Origin: a virus
IMG/VR virus record: IMGVR_UViG_3300037249_000310
Span: 3,997-67,996 of that record
Length of the DNA: 64,000 bases
Strand: one strand, 5' to 3'
The notes under the pieces were generated by a model. It worked only from the letters and a program-made list of their open reading frames with translations. It had not been told where the DNA came from and did not search any database. A program made the position numbers and the translations under genes. This document shows positions 1 through 9,766 of the stretch, piece by piece (the first letter of the stretch is position 1; each line of letters starts with the position of its first letter).

Positions 1-50
1 ACTACTCCTTTCTGTGCTTAACGTTATTCATCACCCAACAGTAGATTTGA

Positions 51-590
51 TTAGTTGTTCTTTGTGTCTGTTACATTGAGCAGATTAAGTACATCACCTA
101 TCACAGAGAAGGCAAATACACCCATATGTTCAGGGATAAGCTCCCATACATCAGGGAAGAGCTCCTGAATGCCAGTGAGGAACATACCACCCCAGTTGCC
201 ACCACATGCTGTGCAATGATTGAGGAACTCATCAAGCTCCATGTGAGGATTGTTTGCATACTTAGTAGAGATGAGCTCTACGATCTTGATGCCAGCATCG
301 CCCCAGTTAGCAACTACATACTCATCAGGCGTGAGCTGTGTAAGCTGATCTACTGTCATATCTGCACCAAGTCTTGCAATAGTGTCATAATCTTTGCTGT
401 TGCATGCTTCAGTGAAGAGCACAGTTCTCCACATTTTCTTGGCATAATTGATACGTTCTGTACCTACAACAGAGTATTTTGCATCATATGCACACAGTCT
501 ATCGTACATGCTGCGCCAGAACTTTGCATCGCCATTGAGCTGCTTAAGCTCTTCAAGTGTGTACTCGTATGCTTTCTTGTTAGTAGTCAT
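51..590 (-). CDS. hypothetical phage protein
   Basis: ORF with GGAGAAAGG RBS upstream of ATG at 590 (MTTNKK...). No recognisable motif apart from CTACGG. Confidence 0.75.
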   Translation of the reverse strand: MTTNKKAYEYTLEELKQLNGDAKFWRSMYDRLCAYDAKYSVVGTERINYAKKMWRTVLFTEACNSKDYDTIARLGADMTVDQLTQLTPDEYVVANWGDAGIKIVELISTKYANNPHMELDEFLNHCTACGGNWGGMFLTGIQELFPDVWELIPEHMGVFAFSVIGDVLNLLNVTDTKNN

Positions 591-779
591 AATGACCGCC
601 TTTCTCCAACAACTGATGTTGGCTGACACGAGCTGACCAGCAAAGCTTTTGCCGGCCTAGCTCAAATATTGTAGTGAATAGGCTTGTCGATTTGCCTATA
701 CCGAGCACCGCGACGCCCACTTTACAGGTCAAAAATAGCCTGTCACGTTCTACGACACAAAGCCTTAGCTCAAAAATTG

Positions 780-814
780 CTGGATTCTGGGTCTACGACA
801 ATTCGTAGTATATA
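780..814 (+). promoter_or_regulatory. putative late promoter (CTGGAT-N18-CGTAGTAT)
   Basis: The same two-box motif with identical spacing recurs upstream of ORFs at 2092, 6583 and 57077. Confidence 0.5.
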
Positions 815-837
815 CATATAAAATAGGAGGTGTAAAC

Positions 838-1617
838 ATGGCACACGACAAGACAGTAGAGTTTGATGCAGCACTTGATAAAGAGCGCTGGAAGCAGCCG
901 AACTGTGAAGGGTTTGAAAAAGACCCAATGTGGCCTGAAGGGGCACCGATGCCGGGTGAAGTTGGTTTAAGACCTAAAGCCCCTAAAGCCATGAAACCAA
1001 CAGAAATAATGCAGGACTGGCAGGCATTGAGTAGATCCTTAGGTCTGGAGCTATATGAACGACAGCCAGAAGAGACAAATAATGAATGGCTTGCATGGGT
1101 GACTTACCGTGACTATTATCCTGGTAAGCTGCCTACAATGAGCGAATTGTCTAAAAAGCTTAATATGACAGTAGCTACATTGGTAAAGTATTCAAATAAA
1201 TGGAACTGGAAAGTTCGAATGATACATTGGTCCAGGGCTACTGATGCAAGTATACAGAGTGAGCGCATGGAAGCTATTAAAGAGATGAATCGTAAACAGC
1301 TCCAGCTGACACAGGCACTAATTGATAAAGTGACAGAAGCAGTAGACTACATGGACCCGGCGGTGATGAAGCCAAGTGAAATAACAGCAGTAGCAAAGTT
1401 TGCAACTAGTCTACAGAAAGATATAGTATCATATACCCCAGAGCAAATTGACCAGCCTGGCCTAGACGCACATGCTGTTAAGCAGAGTCAGGTTACAAAG
1501 AAAGAGGACCTCAGTAGTGTTGCTGAGATACTGGAGTCAGTAGGTCTTCTTGGCAATACACAGATTGGTATAAAAACGACTGAGGTTGTTATACAGAAGG
1601 AGGATAAACATGGCTAA
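838..1617 (+). CDS. putative terminase small subunit
   Basis: First gene of the packaging operon; HTH-like segment then WNWKVR (typical of terS W-x-W-x-x-R) and helical C-terminus; AGGAGG RBS. Confidence 0.6.
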   Translation: MAHDKTVEFDAALDKERWKQPNCEGFEKDPMWPEGAPMPGEVGLRPKAPKAMKPTEIMQDWQALSRSLGLELYERQPEETNNEWLAWVTYRDYYPGKLPTMSELSKKLNMTVATLVKYSNKWNWKVRMIHWSRATDASIQSERMEAIKEMNRKQLQLTQALIDKVTEAVDYMDPAVMKPSEITAVAKFATSLQKDIVSYTPEQIDQPGLDAHAVKQSQVTKKEDLSSVAEILESVGLLGNTQIGIKTTEVVIQKEDKHG

Positions 1618-2122
1618 TATAAAATTGGAATACAAGCTGCCTATGCAGGCGTGCTCATGCTGTGGTAAAGAAAAGCCTATCTCAGAGTTCTACACGCAGA
1701 GTATAACTGGCCTGCCTACAAAGCAGTGCAAAGAGTGCATAAACATAAAGCGTGCCTGCGTCCGCGAAAAGCGTAAAATAAGCAAGTTTGCAGCAAAGGA
1801 GCGCCAGCGCAGCCTTGGTGAGCGAGTAGAGTATACAGTAGAAGACTGGAAGGCTACAATGCTGCATTTCAGCGGCTGCTGTGCATATTGTGGCAAGCCA
1901 CAGGGTCGTGCCAAGAGCGACCGACTTGACCGTGACCATGTCATACCTTGTAGTAAGGGTGGCAAAACCGAGCGTCATAATATAGTCCCGGCGTGCACAA
2001 AGTGCAATAGAGGCAGAGGCAATAAAGACTGGAAGACTTGGTTCAAAGATCAGAGCTTCTACTCAGAAGAAAGAGAAAAGAACATTGATGAGTGGATTGC
2101 AGATTTAGATTATAACGTATAA
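1610..2122 (+). CDS. HNH endonuclease with N-terminal Zn finger
   Basis: CAYCG...DHVIP..GG....NIVPACTKCN motif; RBS AAGGAGG before ATG 1610. Confidence 0.9.
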   Translation: MANIKLEYKLPMQACSCCGKEKPISEFYTQSITGLPTKQCKECINIKRACVREKRKISKFAAKERQRSLGERVEYTVEDWKATMLHFSGCCAYCGKPQGRAKSDRLDRDHVIPCSKGGKTERHNIVPACTKCNRGRGNKDWKTWFKDQSFYSEEREKNIDEWIADLDYNV

Positions 2123-2126
2123 TAAT
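2092..2126 (+). promoter_or_regulatory. putative late promoter (GTGGAT-N18-CGTATAAT)
   Basis: Matches the motif at 780, 6583 and 57077; lies just upstream of the GT2 RBS. Confidence 0.4.
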
Positions 2127-2138
2127 AGGAGGAAGAGT

Positions 2139-3161
2139 ATGAATCAGTATAATAAAACAGCCGGAATCGATGTAGTAATTCCGTATTGGAACCACAGCAA
2201 TGTCATCAGTAGAGCATTAAGCTCAATAGCAATGCAGACTGTTGCGAAGGATATCCACGTAACAATAGTCAATGATGCATCAACACCTGTTGACATTGCT
2301 ACTCTTAATGAAATTATCGAAGGCTTTAAAGTCTCTGATATAGCAAGCATTAATGTGGTCAATGTTGATAAAAACATGGGCCCGGGACATGCACGTGCAG
2401 TAGGTCAGCAGAGCTGCAATCACGAGTTTATAACTTTCATGGATGCAGATGACACTTGGGCATCTACTTATGCCATACAGTTTTTACATGATGCATTTGT
2501 ACAGAACAGGCAGCTGGATGCCGTCTTTGGTACATTCCTTGAAGAGACCGAAAATCCTCAGATGAAGTTTGTGCCACATCAGCACGATGGTACCTGGATG
2601 TTCGGTAAAATGTATCGCAGAGCATTTCTTGACCATTTCAATATTCTTATGTCGGACAGTAGATCAAATGAAGATATGTCATTCAATCAGCTGGTTTTTG
2701 CATGTACAGATAATATTGGCTTCCTTGAGATGCCAGTATACTACTGGATGGTAAACAAAGAGTCTATAACACGAAAAGCCGATAATGATTATCAGTTTAG
2801 AGGCTTGCTTGGCTACATAGACGGACATACATGGGCTGAAAATGAGCGTCGTAAAAGAAATCTGCATAGCTCAGAAAAAGGCCTAATGGCTGCAGTTAGT
2901 GCCCTTATAATGCTGTATTTTTATCAGATGGAGGTACTACAGAATAGACCAGTAGACCAGCAGGAAGAAGCCTGGACAGAAATATGCAGATTCTTTAAAA
3001 CGGCCTTTAATGATCGACAGGTGCCGCTTGATATGATAAATCAGCAGTATGTAGGTATGTCACAGGCTCATTCACAGCCCGGCGGCTTACTAACCAGAGT
3101 AGTACCAAAGATGTCTATAACAGCCTTTATTGATGAACTGAAGAAACGTACGAAGGAGTGA
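2139..3161 (+). CDS. family 2 (GT-A) glycosyltransferase
   Basis: VVIPYWN, VNDAS, GPGHAR..G, FITFMDADD (DxD), GKMYRRAFL and NED motifs. Confidence 0.9.
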   Translation: MNQYNKTAGIDVVIPYWNHSNVISRALSSIAMQTVAKDIHVTIVNDASTPVDIATLNEIIEGFKVSDIASINVVNVDKNMGPGHARAVGQQSCNHEFITFMDADDTWASTYAIQFLHDAFVQNRQLDAVFGTFLEETENPQMKFVPHQHDGTWMFGKMYRRAFLDHFNILMSDSRSNEDMSFNQLVFACTDNIGFLEMPVYYWMVNKESITRKADNDYQFRGLLGYIDGHTWAENERRKRNLHSSEKGLMAAVSALIMLYFYQMEVLQNRPVDQQEEAWTEICRFFKTAFNDRQVPLDMINQQYVGMSQAHSQPGGLLTRVVPKMSITAFIDELKKRTKE

Positions 3162-3165
3162 TGAT

Positions 3166-4575
3166 ATGGACCTCACTAATTTAAGTGATGAACAGATACA
3201 GCGACTTCAGCAGGCCTTAACGCCAAAAACAAATAAGTATATCCCAATAACACCTACGCCAAAGCAGACAGCAGCTCTACTGATGAACAACGTCAGGGAG
3301 CTGCTTTATGGTGGTGCCGTTGGTGGCGGCAAGTCAGTCTACCAGCTGGCGGCTGCACTACAATACGTAGATGTCCCCGGCTATAACGCAATCCTATTCA
3401 GAAAGACTTTTGCTGACTTAATGCTTCCTGGTGCTCTGATACCAATGAGTCAGACATGGCTGTCACCATTCTTGAAGTCAGGTGAAGTCGTTTGGAAAGA
3501 TAAGGATAAGCGCTATATATTTAAAGAATCTGGCGCTACGCTATCTTTTGGCTACCTTGATGTACAGGCAGACCATTACAGATATCAGGGTGCTGAATTC
3601 AGCTACATTGGTTTTGATGAGGTTACACATATAATACCAGAATCATTTGAGTATTTGTTCTCACGTCTACGTAAACCAAAAGAGGTAAAAGTACCGCTTC
3701 GTATACGTGCTACTGCTAACCCTGGCGGTGTATACGGAGATTACTATTATCAGAGGTACTTTGTAGATAATAAGGACGCAAATGGTAAACCCAAACGTAT
3801 ATTCTTACCCGCCGGCCTAAATGATAACCCATATCTTGACTCTGAGGAGTATATGCAGGCACTCGAAAACTTGCCACCTGTACTTCGTGAGCAGCTACTA
3901 AATGGTAACTGGGAAGTACGTGAGTCAGGTGACATTTTCAATAAGGCTTGGCTCATGATTTGTGATAGACACAACGTCCCTAAAAATGCTCGTAGAGTTA
4001 GGTTCTGGGACTTTGCGTCTATTGACCCAAAATACAGGAAGAAAAATACAAATACAAAAGACCCTGACTGGACAGTAGGTTTTAAGATGGCTTGCTACCA
4101 GGGAATGTATTATATTGAAGACATAGTAGCTGTTCAAAAGACACCTAATGAGGTAGAAAAGCTGATGCAGCTGTGTGCACAGCAGGATGGACATGCTTGT
4201 GCTATTCGCTTTGAGCAAGAAGGTGGCTCTTCAGGTGAAGCAAATGCACTTCGTCTATGCCGTGAAGTGCTTCCAGGTTACGACATAATGGGTGTAAAGC
4301 CAGTAGTTTCTAAGATTGAGCGTGCACGTCCTGTGGCTGCTGCAATGCAGATGGGCTCTATTTTTATCGTTCGTGATTGCCGTGAAATGCTAAGACTCTA
4401 TAATCAGTTAGATTCATTTCCTCTTGGTGCTCATGATGATGTAATAGACGCTATGGATGGTGCTTTTGCATACTTTACACCTGCTGAAGGAAGAATTGTT
4501 GCACCGAGTAGTACACGTAGACATGCTGCTCAGCGTGCTCGCTTCAGAGCAGGAAGTAGCTACTGGCATATGTAA
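3166..4575 (+). CDS. terL: terminase large subunit
   Basis: Walker A GGAVGGGKS, Walker B IGFDE, ATANPGG, nuclease RFWDFA and HDDVIDA. Confidence 0.95.
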   Translation: MDLTNLSDEQIQRLQQALTPKTNKYIPITPTPKQTAALLMNNVRELLYGGAVGGGKSVYQLAAALQYVDVPGYNAILFRKTFADLMLPGALIPMSQTWLSPFLKSGEVVWKDKDKRYIFKESGATLSFGYLDVQADHYRYQGAEFSYIGFDEVTHIIPESFEYLFSRLRKPKEVKVPLRIRATANPGGVYGDYYYQRYFVDNKDANGKPKRIFLPAGLNDNPYLDSEEYMQALENLPPVLREQLLNGNWEVRESGDIFNKAWLMICDRHNVPKNARRVRFWDFASIDPKYRKKNTNTKDPDWTVGFKMACYQGMYYIEDIVAVQKTPNEVEKLMQLCAQQDGHACAIRFEQEGGSSGEANALRLCREVLPGYDIMGVKPVVSKIERARPVAAAMQMGSIFIVRDCREMLRLYNQLDSFPLGAHDDVIDAMDGAFAYFTPAEGRIVAPSSTRRHAAQRARFRAGSSYWHM

Positions 4576-4586
4576 GGAGGTTAAAA

Positions 4587-5990
4587 ATGGGATTTTTTAA
4601 AAAGAGACAAAGGCAGATGGAGACAGTAGATAAAGCACAGGCTCCAAAGGCCAATATGAAGGCTAGAGGTGTACCTGGTGTTCAGTATTCATCTGGCTAT
4701 ATAACAGAGGAATTTATTCGTGACTTACGCTGGCCACGTGCAGCTAAAGTATATCAGGAAATGTCCTCAAATGACCCAGTAATTGGCGCATGTCTATATG
4801 CCATCGAAACACTGGTAAGAAAAGTAGTATGGAAGGTTGACGAAAATGGTGCCGGACAGGAAGAAGCAGACTTTTTAGAGTCTTGTATGTTTGACATGCA
4901 GGAACAGAGCTGGGATGACTTTGTGTCTGAAGTTTTAAGTGAGCTTATTTATGGCTTTTCAGTGCATGAAATTGTCTACAAAGTGCGTAGAGGCCCAATG
5001 GAGCGTGACTTAAAGTTCAGATCCCAGTTTACAGACGGTAAGATAGGCTGGCAGGAGCTTCCTCGAGTAGGCCAGAGTACACTCAAAGAGTGGAAGTTTG
5101 ATAAGAATGGTCGACCAGAAGCCTTTATTCAGGATACCTCAGGTCTTGCAGGTGGTGACCGCGGAGACATAGAGATACCACTTTATGGTAATCTTTTATT
5201 TAAGACAAAGTCTGATAAGAATAACCCAGAAGGTTTCTCACTACTGCGTAGAGCCTACCGCCCATGGTACTTTAAGAAGTATCTTGAAGAGATTGAAGGC
5301 ATAGGAGTAGAGCGTGCCTTGGCTGGTATACCTATTATGCAGCCTAAAGAAGGCGTTCCTCTATTTGACCCAGACAATGAAGAAATGGTAGAACTCTTAG
5401 ACTGGGCACAGGGCGTAGTAACAGGTCTACGACAGGATAAGACGCATGGTCTTGTAATTCCAGAAGGCTGGGACCTACATTTACTTAAAGGTGAAAATAC
5501 TTCAAATATTAAAGTAAATGAAACCATTCAGAGATACGATACACGTATTGCAATTTGTATGCTTGCAGATCTTATTCTGTTAGGTAATGATCGTACTGGT
5601 AGTTTTGCAATGGCTGAAACTAAATATGACATGTTCTTGAGCTCACTTGAGTGTATCGTTAAATCAATATGTAATACGCTTAATACACAGGCAGTACCTC
5701 GCTTATTTGCAGTTAATAACATGTCACTTGAAAGGCTGCCTAAGATAACAACTGAGCGTATTAAGGATGCTACTGTCGCTGAGCTTGCAATGCTGCTACG
5801 TTCACTAAATATTGACGTTACTAAATCTGAGGATTTATTTAAATTCTTAATGAGATCAGTAGGTGGTCCAGATATCAAGGAAGGTGCTGCATCACTAAAG
5901 CCAGATGAGCCAAAGGCAAATACAGGCACTTCGGGCTCAGGTACATTTGACTCGCAGCTCGAAGACCCAGTAGACAATCAGTTTAAATAG
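4587..5990 (+). CDS. portal protein (DUF935-like)
   Basis: Follows terL; YGFSVHEIVY, NPEGFSLLR and GSFAMAE motifs; 467 aa. Confidence 0.88.
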   Translation: MGFFKKRQRQMETVDKAQAPKANMKARGVPGVQYSSGYITEEFIRDLRWPRAAKVYQEMSSNDPVIGACLYAIETLVRKVVWKVDENGAGQEEADFLESCMFDMQEQSWDDFVSEVLSELIYGFSVHEIVYKVRRGPMERDLKFRSQFTDGKIGWQELPRVGQSTLKEWKFDKNGRPEAFIQDTSGLAGGDRGDIEIPLYGNLLFKTKSDKNNPEGFSLLRRAYRPWYFKKYLEEIEGIGVERALAGIPIMQPKEGVPLFDPDNEEMVELLDWAQGVVTGLRQDKTHGLVIPEGWDLHLLKGENTSNIKVNETIQRYDTRIAICMLADLILLGNDRTGSFAMAETKYDMFLSSLECIVKSICNTLNTQAVPRLFAVNNMSLERLPKITTERIKDATVAELAMLLRSLNIDVTKSEDLFKFLMRSVGGPDIKEGAASLKPDEPKANTGTSGSGTFDSQLEDPVDNQFK

Positions 5991-6003
5991 GAGGTATGTA
6001 AAC

Positions 6004-6576
6004 ATGGATAAAACAAGTAAAGTGCACTTCTTTAAATCAAACGAAGGCAAGATGTATACAGTTCGTAAGGGTATCTTTAAAGACCCTGTACAGGATGGAC
6101 TGTCTTTTACCTTTGTTAAATCACGACCAGTAGTGCACGCAGAGGACCCAGTAATACACAATATGCTGAATAAAGACAGTGTAGTGGGAAATTCAAACCT
6201 TGTATTTGGCTGGGCTAATGTTACTGTCGAAGAGGATGGACAGTTGCCAGTAGATTACCAGGGTGACATGATTCCTACTGGCGTGTTAGAAGCTGCTGCT
6301 TACTCATTTGCACTGAACAAGGGCTACTGCAATGAGGTTCATCAGTGGTGCTCTGACTGTGGTTATCTTATAGAGAGTATGATGTTTACTAAAGAAAAGA
6401 TGCAGGTACTTGGTATTCCGGAAGGTACGATGCCTGAAGGTTTGTGGGTAGGTTTCTACATCCCAGATGATGAAATCTATGCAAAAGTAGTATCTGGCGA
6501 ATATTCTATGTTTTCAATCGAAGGTGGCGGCAGACGCGTGCCTGTCGATGGTGAGGGCTATTCAGCAATTGAATAA
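6004..6576 (+). CDS. XkdF-like prohead serine protease
   Basis: VFGWA, DYQGD, NEVH, LIES, W...GEYSMFSIEG motifs; located after the portal. Confidence 0.85.
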   Translation: MDKTSKVHFFKSNEGKMYTVRKGIFKDPVQDGLSFTFVKSRPVVHAEDPVIHNMLNKDSVVGNSNLVFGWANVTVEEDGQLPVDYQGDMIPTGVLEAAAYSFALNKGYCNEVHQWCSDCGYLIESMMFTKEKMQVLGIPEGTMPEGLWVGFYIPDDEIYAKVVSGEYSMFSIEGGGRRVPVDGEGYSAIE

Positions 6577-6582
6577 CCTGTA

Positions 6583-6618
6583 CTAGATAAGCAGAATACT
6601 TTATTACGTATTATTAAT
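6583..6618 (+). promoter_or_regulatory. putative late promoter (CTAGAT-N18-CGTATTAT)
   Basis: Intergenic match to the recurring motif, upstream of the scaffold/capsid genes. Confidence 0.5.
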
Positions 6619-6636
6619 ATGAAAGGAGTGATGATT

Positions 6637-7377
6637 GTGCCAAACAACTTCACACCCCAATTTAGTTATACAGATCTTACGCTCACCGCAGTTGCTCTCT
6701 GTCCGCAGGGAGCAAATTCTCGAGCTAATATCTTACTAACAAAGTCTATGAAGGAGGGAGCTAAACAAATGGAATTCAAGGATATTCTTGCAGGTCTCAC
6801 AGCTGATGCTCAGAAAGTAATTACAGACTATGTTGACACTGCTAAGTCAACAGCTGTAAATGAGGCTGTTGCACCACTGAATACTAAAATTTCAGAGCTT
6901 ACAACCGCAAATGAACAGCTTACAGCAGCTGTAAATAAGTCTGTGCCTCAGCCAAAAATGTCTGAGGATGTAATGAAGTCACTTCCTGCAGAAGTACAGG
7001 CTCAGATTACAGCTATGCAGAAATCAATCTCTGCTCTTGAGGCAGAAAAGGCCGAAAATCTTGCAAAGTCAAGATTTGCAGTAGTTAAGGCAATTCCTTG
7101 CGAAGAGGCAGAGCTTAAGTCTGTGCTAAAGACTGCTTCACCTGAGGTATTTGCTGTTCTTGCAAAGGCAGCAGCTGCTATTGAAGAGGGTCTCGGCAAG
7201 TCTACCGCAGTAGCTGGTGAGGGCACTATAACTGTGTCTTCAGATGATGCATATAAGGCTCTTGAAAAGAAAGCGGCTGATATCGCAAAGACTGAAAGTG
7301 TATCAAGTGCAGTAGCATTTACAAAGGCTTGCGAGCTGCATCCAGATCTCTATGAACAGTACGTGAAAGGAGAGTAA
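6637..7377 (+). CDS. scaffolding protein with protease-like N-terminal peptide; internal start at 6769
   Basis: Ala/Lys-rich helical protein before the capsid genes; N-terminal LTAVALCPQGAN; second RBS AAGGAGGG before in-frame ATG 6769. Confidence 0.65.
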   Translation: MPNNFTPQFSYTDLTLTAVALCPQGANSRANILLTKSMKEGAKQMEFKDILAGLTADAQKVITDYVDTAKSTAVNEAVAPLNTKISELTTANEQLTAAVNKSVPQPKMSEDVMKSLPAEVQAQITAMQKSISALEAEKAENLAKSRFAVVKAIPCEEAELKSVLKTASPEVFAVLAKAAAAIEEGLGKSTAVAGEGTITVSSDDAYKALEKKAADIAKTESVSSAVAFTKACELHPDLYEQYVKGE

Positions 7378-7383
7378 TGAATC

Positions 7384-7812
7384 ATGCCTGTAACAACAAG
7401 TGCTACAAATCAGGCTGCTTTTGAACTTCCAATGAATCGCTTTGCGTGGTATGCAGAAGAAGTTCTTAATAAATACGAGCCTGCAATTATCAATGAAAAC
7501 GGCTACCTTGAACCGGCTACGTCTACAAATCTTACAAGCGCTTCACAGTTTGTAGGTATTTGTCAGTATCCGGCAGAAAAGGAAGGCGAGATGGCAACAG
7601 TAGTAAAAGGTGCATTCCCAGCTGTTGCAAATGCTGCTATTGCAGCTGGTAAGCTTGTCGAAGTAACCGGCAGCACTACAACTGTTAATGGTGTTGTATA
7701 TCATACAGTTGCAGCTGCAACAGACAATGATCTCGATGATGCAACTGTTATCGGCACTGCCCTTACCACTGCATCTTCAGCTGGTGACCTTGTCACTGTA
7801 CTTATTAAGTAA
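7384..7812 (+). CDS. capsid decoration/cement protein (DUF2190-like)
   Basis: Small beta-rich protein ending IGTALTTASSAGDLVTVLI, directly before the major capsid gene. Confidence 0.7.
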   Translation: MPVTTSATNQAAFELPMNRFAWYAEEVLNKYEPAIINENGYLEPATSTNLTSASQFVGICQYPAEKEGEMATVVKGAFPAVANAAIAAGKLVEVTGSTTTVNGVVYHTVAAATDNDLDDATVIGTALTTASSAGDLVTVLIK

Positions 7813-7830
7813 GAAAGGAGATAAAAAGAA

Positions 7831-8811
7831 ATGCCACAGATGAAAAATGGCGGTCATATTGACCGTGCGATGACGAATTTCTCAGTAGCTTATCAGCAGG
7901 GTGCTGACGCATTTATCGCAGATAAGATATTTCCGATAATAAGAGTGCAGAAGCAGTCAGATATCTACTTCAGCTATTCTAAGGCTGACGCATTCCGTGA
8001 TGAAGTAAAAGAGCGCGGACAGGGTGCTGAGTCTGAAGGCTTCAACTGGGATGTAAAAACTGAAAATCCATATCACTGCCGTAAGTATGCACTTCATTAT
8101 GATATCACAGAAGAAGAGCGTGCAAACTACGATGCACCTATTAATGTAGATCGTGATACTGTTGAGTCGCTTACAGAAAAGATGCTCCTCAACAGAGAGC
8201 GTAGATTTGCTGATACATACTTCAAGCCAGGCGTATGGGGCACTGATAAGTCAGCCGGTACCGGCGGCACAATTGCAAAGTTTTCAGATGCATCAAGCTC
8301 ACCAGTAGAAATCATAAACCAGTGTATGCTTGAAATGGCTGAGAATACTGGTAAGAAGCCTAACTTCGCTATCATGTCACCAGATGTTCTCTATGCTCTC
8401 AAGAATCATGAGGAGATCATGGATAGAATCAAGTATACTCAGAAGGGTATTATTACTCTTGATCTGCTTGCAGAGCTCTTTGAAATCGATAAGATCTACG
8501 TTCCGTGGGGTGTTGTTTCAAGCGGCACAAAACGTGCAAACTTTGATGACTCAAATGTGTCACCAAACTTTATCTATAAAGGCAGCATGCTTCTCGGCTA
8601 TCGTACTCCATCACCAAGACTTAAGACACCTTCAGCAGGTTACATCTTTGCTTGGACTGGTCTTGAAGGTGGCTCAGCATACGGCTCACGTATCGTACGT
8701 ATTCCTATGGATCAGCTCGGCATCGGTACAGAGCGTATCGAAGCTGAAATGGCATATGACATGAGAATTATATGCCCTGATATGGGTACATTCCTTACAG
8801 ACCTTGTATAA
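7831..8811 (+). CDS. major capsid protein
   Basis: HIDRAMTNFSVAY..FIADKIFPII, KPNFAIMSPDV; high-expression codon usage; head-module position. Confidence 0.9.
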   Translation: MPQMKNGGHIDRAMTNFSVAYQQGADAFIADKIFPIIRVQKQSDIYFSYSKADAFRDEVKERGQGAESEGFNWDVKTENPYHCRKYALHYDITEEERANYDAPINVDRDTVESLTEKMLLNRERRFADTYFKPGVWGTDKSAGTGGTIAKFSDASSSPVEIINQCMLEMAENTGKKPNFAIMSPDVLYALKNHEEIMDRIKYTQKGIITLDLLAELFEIDKIYVPWGVVSSGTKRANFDDSNVSPNFIYKGSMLLGYRTPSPRLKTPSAGYIFAWTGLEGGSAYGSRIVRIPMDQLGIGTERIEAEMAYDMRIICPDMGTFLTDLV

Positions 8812-8826
8812 GGCGGCGGGTATATA

Positions 8827-9069
8827 ATGAAATACCTTGTACTTAAGCCTATCCGTGCTTATGGCAAACGCTATGAGCGCGGAGAACTTATTGATGAGAC
8901 ACAGGTACGCACACCACGAATACTTGTTGGTGAGCACAAAATAACTCCTGTAAAAGCGGTCTCCTCTTCTATAAAGCCTGCAGTAGAAGAGTCTCATGTA
9001 GATTCTTCTGTACTGCAGGTTAAAGAAGATAAAAAGCCTACACGGCTATCCTTCAAAAAGGAGGAATAA
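8827..9069 (+). CDS. small head-associated protein
   Basis: ORF between the capsid and adaptor genes (YLVLKPI...GKRYERGELI). Confidence 0.65.
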   Translation: MKYLVLKPIRAYGKRYERGELIDETQVRTPRILVGEHKITPVKAVSSSIKPAVEESHVDSSVLQVKEDKKPTRLSFKKEE

Positions 9070-9072
9070 ATT

Positions 9073-9444
9073 ATGTCTTGGACGTATTCTGGAAATCCGT
9101 CAACTTCAGATATCGACGCATTCCGCTTTATGCTGAAAGATACTATCGAAGATGATCCTTTACTACAGAATGAGGAAATTCAGTATATACTCGATAACTT
9201 TAAGAGTAGTAATGCACGCCTTGCTGCTGGCTATCGTCAATGTGCTGCTACACTTGCTCGAAAGCCAATAAAGCGTAGCTTAGGACCACAGTCTGAAGAT
9301 AATACAAAGCGACTACAATTCTATGAGAATATGGCCAAGCATTATGAAGACATGTTAGTATTCTCAGGTAGGCCACGAGATCCACAGTATCAGCATGATG
9401 TTGTATTTGAAAAGGGTATGATGGAGGCTGATAAGAGTGTATAA
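9073..9444 (+). CDS. head-tail adaptor
   Basis: MSWTYSGNP...RFMLKDT..DPLLQNEEI motif; synteny. Confidence 0.75.
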   Translation: MSWTYSGNPSTSDIDAFRFMLKDTIEDDPLLQNEEIQYILDNFKSSNARLAAGYRQCAATLARKPIKRSLGPQSEDNTKRLQFYENMAKHYEDMLVFSGRPRDPQYQHDVVFEKGMMEADKSV

Positions 9445-9766
9445 GTCACTACAAGAATGGGTTCGCTTTCCGTTTACTTTTCGTAGAATAGAAGGTAAAA
9501 CAGCCTCAGGTGATAAAAAGTTTTCAGAGACACAAGAAGGACTGTGCTACAGAGTAGATAATACAGAGGTCATCACAGATAAGCGTGGTGATTCATATGT
9601 TAGTCGCTCACAGTTATATGTTCCAGAGTCTTTGGAAATAACCGTTGACGATCTTGTTACACTTGATGTTTGGGGCGACAAGCTTACAGACAAAGAGATT
9701 CGAAAAATCGGTAGATACTTCGATGGTAATGAAGGTCAGATGAGCATTCAGGTGATTTACCTATGA
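9437..9766 (+). CDS. head closure/stopper protein
   Basis: Beta-rich 109 aa after the adaptor; synteny. Confidence 0.6.
   Translation: MYKSLQEWVRFPFTFRRIEGKTASGDKKFSETQEGLCYRVDNTEVITDKRGDSYVSRSQLYVPESLEITVDDLVTLDVWGDKLTDKEIRKIGRYFDGNEGQMSIQVIYL

Noticed and set aside
1-13. ACTACTCCTTTCT shared with about 63318 as a terminal repeat or att site
   Set aside because: Both are best explained as minus-strand RBS sequences (AGAAAGGAGTAGT); the flanks differ.
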